Assembly (NCBI GenBank): GCA_039802265.1
Contig: JBDRWI010000012.1
Span: 1-41,355 of the forward strand
Length of the DNA stretch: 41,355 nt
Reading direction: 5' to 3'
From: a candidate division WOR-3 bacterium
Lineage (GTDB): Bacteria > Hydrothermota > Tepidihabitantia > SM23-42 > JAOAFX01
Below are positions 36,136 to 41,355 of this stretch, one piece after another (the first letter of the stretch is position 1; the number at the start of each line of letters is the position of its first letter). The notes under the pieces were generated by a model. The model saw only the letters and a program-made list of their open reading frames with translations, made no database searches and was not told the origin of the DNA. The position numbers and the translations under genes are program-made.

Positions 36136-37410
36136 ATGTTTGTCTTTTCCCAAACCATCAGCCAGTTTGGGGATAAACTCGACTATATTGCCCTGATTGC
36201 CATTATCGGACTATTCCCGAAGGAAAGGGTTCCACTTTTACTCTCCCAGCTTGCCCTTTTTATTACCCTGCCGGTCCTGTTATTTGGACCAATAGCCGGG
36301 GTCTTGGTAGACCGGTGGCATAAGAAAAGGGTAATGATTATTTGCGATGCACTGAGGATGTGCTGCGCCTTTCTATTGCCGATGGTATTTATTCTGACTA
36401 AAAATATCTATATGGTCTTTATTATAGTCTTTTTTATGTTCTTTCTTGCCCTTTTCTTCAACACTGCTCGCAGCGCAATAATTCCTAATCTCGTTTCAAA
36501 AAAGAGGTTATTGACTGCCAATTCAATTATCAATTTTGTGGGAAGGGGTGCTACATTCTTGGGTATGGTCCTGGGTGGGCTCATAATTGACTGGCCCATA
36601 TGGCAAGAGATTTTTCGGGTTGCCGGATGGGTTGTTGCCTTTATCATAGATGGCATCACCTTTGGTTTATCAGCAATTATGCTTTATCTTATGAAGGTAA
36701 ACCTGAAAGAACGGATAATAGAAAAGGAACATTTGAGGCCCCGTGGGTTATTTCTTATTGTTAAAAACGGATTAACAAAGATGTGGCTGGAGTTGCGGGA
36801 TGCCGTTCATTCCATTTTAAAAGAAAAGAACCTCACCTTTGCGATCGGAACAATATTTCTTATGATTCTTGCGGGAAGTGTCATTTATGTTCTGGCGATT
36901 CCCGTAATTCAGAAGGAGATGCTCTGGGGAACAAGGGGGGTAGGAATACTTGCCGCGGTTGGCGCAATCGGTCTATTATCCGGTGCCTATCTGATGGGAA
37001 TATTTGGCCATTACTTTAATTTAAAATCACTGATTCTCTTCTGTTTTATGCTCATCGGGGGTGGACTCCTTATCTTTCCGATTATCAACAAGTTTTATCT
37101 CTTTGTAGTATTATGTCTGGTCTGTGGAATTGCCATTTCTCCAATTTTCATCGGTCAGGATACCCTCATTCACCACCACGCCAGTGAAGAAGTCAGAGGC
37201 AAAATCTTTTCGCTGCGCGACTGGGTCTTGAATCTAACATTCGTCCTGGGTTCCCTGCTTGTTGGAACCCTTGCTACATTCATCCATAGAACAATTCTCT
37301 TTGCTATTTTCGGTGGCATTGTCCTTGGTCTATCTCTGTCATTATTTATATTTTTTGAGCGCCGGTGGAATAATGTTAAAGGCACTACAATTTCACCGAG
37401 TAATCAATAA
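36136..37410 (+). CDS. MFS transporter (12 TM, H+ antiporter/LplT-like)
   Basis: SQTISQFGD, motif A GPIAGVLVDRWHKK, EEVRGKIFS. True start may be further upstream (see findings). Confidence 0.88.
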   Translation: MFVFSQTISQFGDKLDYIALIAIIGLFPKERVPLLLSQLALFITLPVLLFGPIAGVLVDRWHKKRVMIICDALRMCCAFLLPMVFILTKNIYMVFIIVFFMFFLALFFNTARSAIIPNLVSKKRLLTANSIINFVGRGATFLGMVLGGLIIDWPIWQEIFRVAGWVVAFIIDGITFGLSAIMLYLMKVNLKERIIEKEHLRPRGLFLIVKNGLTKMWLELRDAVHSILKEKNLTFAIGTIFLMILAGSVIYVLAIPVIQKEMLWGTRGVGILAAVGAIGLLSGAYLMGIFGHYFNLKSLILFCFMLIGGGLLIFPIINKFYLFVVLCLVCGIAISPIFIGQDTLIHHHASEEVRGKIFSLRDWVLNLTFVLGSLLVGTLATFIHRTILFAIFGGIVLGLSLSLFIFFERRWNNVKGTTISPSNQ

Positions 37411-38113
37411 ATTCCAGTTTTGTGGTACTTGGAATACAAGCCACCAACTTGATTCATTCATAAGGGCAATTCATGAGAGTGGTTATGAAATAGTCCGACC
37501 TGGAGAAAAAGCCAATGGTTTAATCATAACCTTTGATGATGGTGAAGAGAATCTCTATTATTATGCCTTTCCCATTTTGAGAAAATACCGATGTCCGGCA
37601 CTTATCTTTCTCATTGTAAATCATATTGGCAGGGAAAATTACTGGGATATTTCAATTACCGGCAAAAGGAATAGACATCTGAATTGGAACCAGATTACCG
37701 AGATGAAAAAAAATGGCATTCTCTTTGGCTCCCACACAATGTCGCACCGGAATCTAACTAAATTAAATCAACAGGAATTAGAGTACGAACTGTTTGAATC
37801 CAAAAGGATACTGGAAGAACGTCTGGGAGAGATTGATTCAATTTCATATCCCTTCAATCGGGTGAATCAATATGTTTTAAAAATGGTGGCGGAGGCTGGC
37901 TACCGTTATGGCTTTGGCGGAGATGGTTCAAGCCATCTTTCCATCAAAAAAGAGGCAATCTACATAACCGATACACCTTTCACCCTGAAGGTGAAGATTT
38001 CCGAAAAACCTGTGCTTCTTTATTCTTACCAGCGTCTTCAACAAAAGATAATAAATTATTTCACAATTGCCACAATGTTAAATAGGCAAAAAGGGAGGCA
38101 CAATGAGATATAA
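37373..38113 (+). CDS. Polysaccharide deacetylase (CE4/NodB family)
   Basis: FHRV, ITFDDG, FGSHTMSH, SYPF. Start probably ATG 37373 rather than TTG 37259. Confidence 0.85.
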   Translation: MLKALQFHRVINKFQFCGTWNTSHQLDSFIRAIHESGYEIVRPGEKANGLIITFDDGEENLYYYAFPILRKYRCPALIFLIVNHIGRENYWDISITGKRNRHLNWNQITEMKKNGILFGSHTMSHRNLTKLNQQELEYELFESKRILEERLGEIDSISYPFNRVNQYVLKMVAEAGYRYGFGGDGSSHLSIKKEAIYITDTPFTLKVKISEKPVLLYSYQRLQQKIINYFTIATMLNRQKGRHNEI

Positions 38114-38837
38114 ATTTTTCTTCTGTTGGACATTCTGTTTTATTCTGCTTGGTGCCCAGAGTTCAGATGTGCTCATAGACCGGGCAATTCAGTTATATGA
38201 AACGAGGCATTTCAGTAAAGACAATCTCAATAAAAGCTATGAAATACTTTCCCGTCTTTTACAAGAAGAACCAGACAATCTTCGGGCATGTTATGAAATG
38301 GCAAGGGTATGTCAGCTCTTAGGAGATATACAGGATAATAAAAAAGACAGATTAAATTTTTATAATAAGGGGATTGAATATGGCAAAAAGGCGCTGAGTT
38401 TAGATAAAAATTCCGCCGAAGCGCATTTCTGGTATATGGTTAATTTAGGACGAACTGCCCAGACAAAGGGTGCTTTAAACTCTTTAAAACTCGTTTCAGA
38501 AATAAAAAAAGAGATTGAAACTGTGTTAGAAATTGAGCCTAAACACACCGGGGCATTGGATGCCTACGCAATGTTCTATTATGAATTACCAAAGTTGATG
38601 GGCGGAGACCTAAATAAGTCAATTGAATATCTAAATCGCGCAATTGCCATTGATTCTAATCTCACACTACTCTATGTTGATATGGCAAGGGTTTACATAA
38701 AAAAGAAGGAATTTGAAAGGGCGAGGTGGTTTCTAAACCGGGTATTGCAGATAACAAACCCCACTTCTGAGGCTGATTATATCCTCAATGATAAACCCAG
38801 GGCAGTTGAGTTATTGAAGGAGATCGAAGAAAAATAA
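38103..38837 (+). CDS. Exported tetratricopeptide-repeat protein
   Basis: Signal peptide; TPR-like helices (KALSLDKNSAEAHFW, YLNRAIAID, ARWFLNRVL). Confidence 0.8.
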   Translation: MRYKFFFCWTFCFILLGAQSSDVLIDRAIQLYETRHFSKDNLNKSYEILSRLLQEEPDNLRACYEMARVCQLLGDIQDNKKDRLNFYNKGIEYGKKALSLDKNSAEAHFWYMVNLGRTAQTKGALNSLKLVSEIKKEIETVLEIEPKHTGALDAYAMFYYELPKLMGGDLNKSIEYLNRAIAIDSNLTLLYVDMARVYIKKKEFERARWFLNRVLQITNPTSEADYILNDKPRAVELLKEIEEK

Positions 38838-38840
38838 GGC

Positions 38841-38869
38841 TTGACAGAGGCATAAGAGATGATTATTAT
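38841..38869 (+). promoter_or_regulatory. sigma70 promoter TTGACA-N17-TATTAT, leaderless to ATG 38875
   Basis: TTGACA 38841-38846, TATTAT 38864-38869, 5 nt to ATG; the only 17-bp spacer seen. Confidence 0.7.
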
Positions 38870-38874
38870 TATAT

Positions 38875-39345
38875 ATGGATAAAGAATGGTTTAAAAAATT
38901 GAGTTATTTTGGTAACCTGAAAGAGGCAGAGTGGGATGAACTTGTAAAAATCGCCCGGGAAGAAAAATTTATTGAAGGAGACATAATCTTCAATCAGGGT
39001 GATGCGTCAACAGAATTGTATATCGTTGAAAAAGGGGCGGTAGAAATTCGCATCAGAATTGCTCCCCAGCTTGCTGATGTGATTGTCTACACCGCCCAGG
39101 AGAATGATATCTTTGGTGAATTTGCCTTTATCTCGCCGGCCCCACGCTCGGCAACAGCAAGTTGTGCAAAGGAAACGACGGTAGTCGCGATCAAAAAAGA
39201 AGACTTTGAAGAACTCACCAAGACATTTCCCAACATCGGTCTGAATTTCTATAAGAATATAGCCGCCTCACTGACTGATAAATTAAGAAAGACAAACCAG
39301 TTTCTGCGTGAATCACTTGCCCGCGCCTGCGGGTTAGAGGTCTAA
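38875..39345 (+). CDS. Stand-alone cyclic-nucleotide-binding domain protein
   Basis: IFNQGD, LYIVEKGAV, IFGEFA, PRSATA; no HTH domain. Confidence 0.9.
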   Translation: MDKEWFKKLSYFGNLKEAEWDELVKIAREEKFIEGDIIFNQGDASTELYIVEKGAVEIRIRIAPQLADVIVYTAQENDIFGEFAFISPAPRSATASCAKETTVVAIKKEDFEELTKTFPNIGLNFYKNIAASLTDKLRKTNQFLRESLARACGLEV

Positions 39346-39355
39346 CCTTTATACC

Positions 39356-40240
39356 TTGAAGTTCGTCTATTCTCCAAAATATTGTGTGGATTTAGCAGGG
39401 CATGTCTTCAAGACCCAGAAATATAAACTAATCTATGAAGTATTAAAAGCAGAAGGGATTATCAATGATGATGTTGTTTATGAACCAGAAATGCCATCCA
39501 TAGAAGAACTCAAAAAGATTGTTACTCAAGAATATCTTGACGACCTTCTCAATGCTCGCCTCACCCACCGAACCTGGTCTTCAGAGCTGCCTGTAAGAGA
39601 AGATATTATCAAATGGCAGATTTTCGGGTGTGGCGGTTCTTACCTCGCCGGAAAATTGGCAATGGAATACGGTGCCGCCTATCACATCGGAGGCGGACTC
39701 CACCATGCATTTTCTGACCATGCCGAGGGTTTCTGTTATCTCAATGATGTTGTATTCGCCGCAGTAAAAATTTTAGAACTGGGAGTTAAAAAGATTGCCA
39801 TAATTGATTGCGACCTGCATCAGGGTAATGGCACCGCCAGATTTTTCCAGAATGAAGCGAGCGTCTTTACATTCAGCATCCATCAGGAACATCTCTATCC
39901 AAAGAAGGAGAAATCAGATTTGGATATCGGGTTGGATTTTGAGGTAGGTGATGAAGAATATCTTGAAAAATTACAGTGGGCACTGGAAAAGATCCATGAG
40001 TTCAAACCCGAATTTGTGATATATCTTGCGGGTGCCGACCCCTATATGTTTGACCTTTTAGGAAATCTGCGGCTAACGATTGAGGGCTTAAGGAAAAGGG
40101 ATGAACTGGTAATTACCTATGCCCATAAAAATAACCTGCCGATGATTGCAGTACTCGGAGGTGGTTATGCCCAGGAACTTACTGATACAGTAGAGATACA
40201 CTGTAATACCGCAAGGGTTATGTTTGAAGTTTATGGTTAA
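39356..40240 (+). CDS. Zn-dependent histone-deacetylase-family amidohydrolase
   Basis: GGGLHHA, GFCYLND, DCDLHQGNGT, AGADP, GGGY; TTG start. Confidence 0.93.
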   Translation: MKFVYSPKYCVDLAGHVFKTQKYKLIYEVLKAEGIINDDVVYEPEMPSIEELKKIVTQEYLDDLLNARLTHRTWSSELPVREDIIKWQIFGCGGSYLAGKLAMEYGAAYHIGGGLHHAFSDHAEGFCYLNDVVFAAVKILELGVKKIAIIDCDLHQGNGTARFFQNEASVFTFSIHQEHLYPKKEKSDLDIGLDFEVGDEEYLEKLQWALEKIHEFKPEFVIYLAGADPYMFDLLGNLRLTIEGLRKRDELVITYAHKNNLPMIAVLGGGYAQELTDTVEIHCNTARVMFEVYG

Positions 40241-40341
40241 AGGTTCAAGATTGAGATGCCGGTTCTTTCACATTGATCTACTGGCATAAAATGATTATTC
40301 AAAGTTTAGTTTTACTAACCCTACTCACAAAAGGAGAGAGG

Positions 40342-40917
40342 ATGATTGTATTACCTGAACCAAATTTTACAAATGTATCATTAGAAGAATGTATCCGGAA
40401 GAGGCGCTCAATAAGAAGTTTTCAAAATAAAGAATTAACAATGCAGGAGATTTCCAATCTTTTATGGTCAGCCCAGGGAATTACCGATACCCTAAATGGA
40501 TTGCGCACCGCACCCAGCGCCGGTGCGACCTATCCACTGGAAATATTTATTATCAAAAAAGACGGGGTCTTTCGCTATGTTCCGGATGGACACAAATTGA
40601 AAAAAGAGCTGGATGGTGATTTGAGAAAAGAAATCGCCCGCTCGGCCTTAAACCAGATGTTTATTGCCGATGCAGGTGTAGTATTTATTATAACCGCGGT
40701 CTTCGGACGCACTACCCGGCGCTATGGCGAAAGGGCTTATAGATACATAAATAATGAGGTTGGACATTGTGCCCAGAATATCCATCTTGAGGCAGTTGCC
40801 CTTGGTCTTGGCTCAGTGCCGGTCGGTGCATTTGATGACGAAGGGGTAAAGAAACTTTTAAAACTCAAGGAAGAAGAACCAATATATATCATCCCGGTGG
40901 GCTATCCGGCAAGATAA
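40342..40917 (+). CDS. SagB/ThcOx-family nitroreductase
   Basis: RRSIRSF, LLWSAQG, RTAPSAGATYPLE, EVGHCAQN, VGAFDD. Start at ATG 40342 (SD AAGGAG) or ATG 40291 with a signal-like leader. Confidence 0.9.
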   Translation: MIVLPEPNFTNVSLEECIRKRRSIRSFQNKELTMQEISNLLWSAQGITDTLNGLRTAPSAGATYPLEIFIIKKDGVFRYVPDGHKLKKELDGDLRKEIARSALNQMFIADAGVVFIITAVFGRTTRRYGERAYRYINNEVGHCAQNIHLEAVALGLGSVPVGAFDDEGVKKLLKLKEEEPIYIIPVGYPAR

Positions 40918-41089
40918 TATTTCCAATTATGCCAATCAATTAAACGGATTTATTATCTGACTATAGGGATTTTCATTCGGAAAAACGGGGGTACCGACGG
41001 ACTTCAGATACAGATTATCCGGGTGATAAATTCTGGCAAGATAAAATTGAACAGAAATGTCTAAAAATATTTTGCAGTTTAGTATCTCA

Positions 41090-41256
41090 TTGTATTGGAA
41101 TTTGAAAAAATTCCAATACAAGAATAATGAAAATTTTCATTATAGAAAAGAATATGGACAAGATACATCTGGGGTTTCTGATAGTCGCTGGAAAGTGCAC
41201 AACTTTAAAAGGGAGCGTCTCTGGGGGTTTCAGGGGTTCTCCCCTGATGTATCTTG
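41090..41256. repeat. Cluster of inverted repeats: 14-bp GAAA hairpin, 20-bp palindrome, and a 98-bp element with terminal inverted repeats
   Basis: TTGTATTGGAATTT-GAAA-AAATTCCAATACAA (41090-41121); ATAATGAAAATTTTCATTAT (41124-41143); CAAGATACATC...GATGTATCTTG (41159-41256). Confidence 0.8.
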
Positions 41257-41355
41257 GAGTTACGGTCAAAGATTGTGATTGTGGTGGAAGGAGGTTTTGG
41301 CAAGGTGAAATTTTTAAGTTTTTGAGGGGTTATTGCCTAATTCTGTAATTCGTGT

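Noticed and set aside
40342..40917. RiPP (azole-modified peptide) cluster suggested by the SagB/ThcOx label
   Set aside because: No YcaO, E1-like protein or precursor peptide is nearby; stand-alone SagB-type nitroreductases are common.
41077..41107. CRISPR array
   Set aside because: There is only one loosely repeat-like unit, with no spacers or cas genes in the window.
40936..41121. 61-aa minus ORF containing LARIYHPD, reminiscent of a J-domain HPD motif
   Set aside because: The flanking J-domain helices are absent, the TTG start lies in a hairpin arm, and there is no SD; probably chance.
41057..41348. Three overlapping 60-73 aa ORFs at the right end
   Set aside because: They overlap each other across palindromic DNA with no protein-like signal; better explained as non-coding.

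Overview
This 41-kb window is gene-dense chromosome from a diderm bacterium: it encodes a TonB receptor, Wza/Wzc, lipoproteins and a FlgD-Ig/T9SS-like tailed protease. The gene style resembles uncultured FCB-adjacent lineages such as candidate division WOR-3, which is an inference I cannot confirm. I found no rRNA, tRNA, CRISPR array, integrase or transposase. In order, it contains a cobalamin riboswitch ahead of btuB and a BtuG-like lipoprotein; recJ-pgeF; a coiled-coil NYN nuclease; clostripain and an isoaspartyl peptidase; rsmF; a GAF-GAF-HD-GYP protein; a probable outer-membrane protein; wza-wzc-ftsB-like-ricT-mazG; a large GH13; a GT-C glycosyltransferase; a long SppA; lipoprotein-pilT-pilT-recG; an aminotransferase-PatA-like-dut-PimA-like-MFS-deacetylase-TPR operon; and cNMP protein-HDAC-SagB-type nitroreductase. 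Three signals stand out. (1) Promoter grammar is strikingly uniform: 14 of 15 readable sigma70 promoters have a 16-bp spacer, and many place the start codon 5-7 nt after the -10 box with no Shine-Dalgarno, implying leaderless mRNAs. This corrects several ORF starts and exposes a hidden 33-codon ORF before recJ. (2) An actinobacterial-type PatA/PimA glycolipid module occurs in an apparently non-actinobacterial diderm. (3) Three non-coding regions are rich in hairpins or palindromes (24206-24319, 27081-27223, 41090-41256). All family calls come from motif recognition by eye, not database searches.
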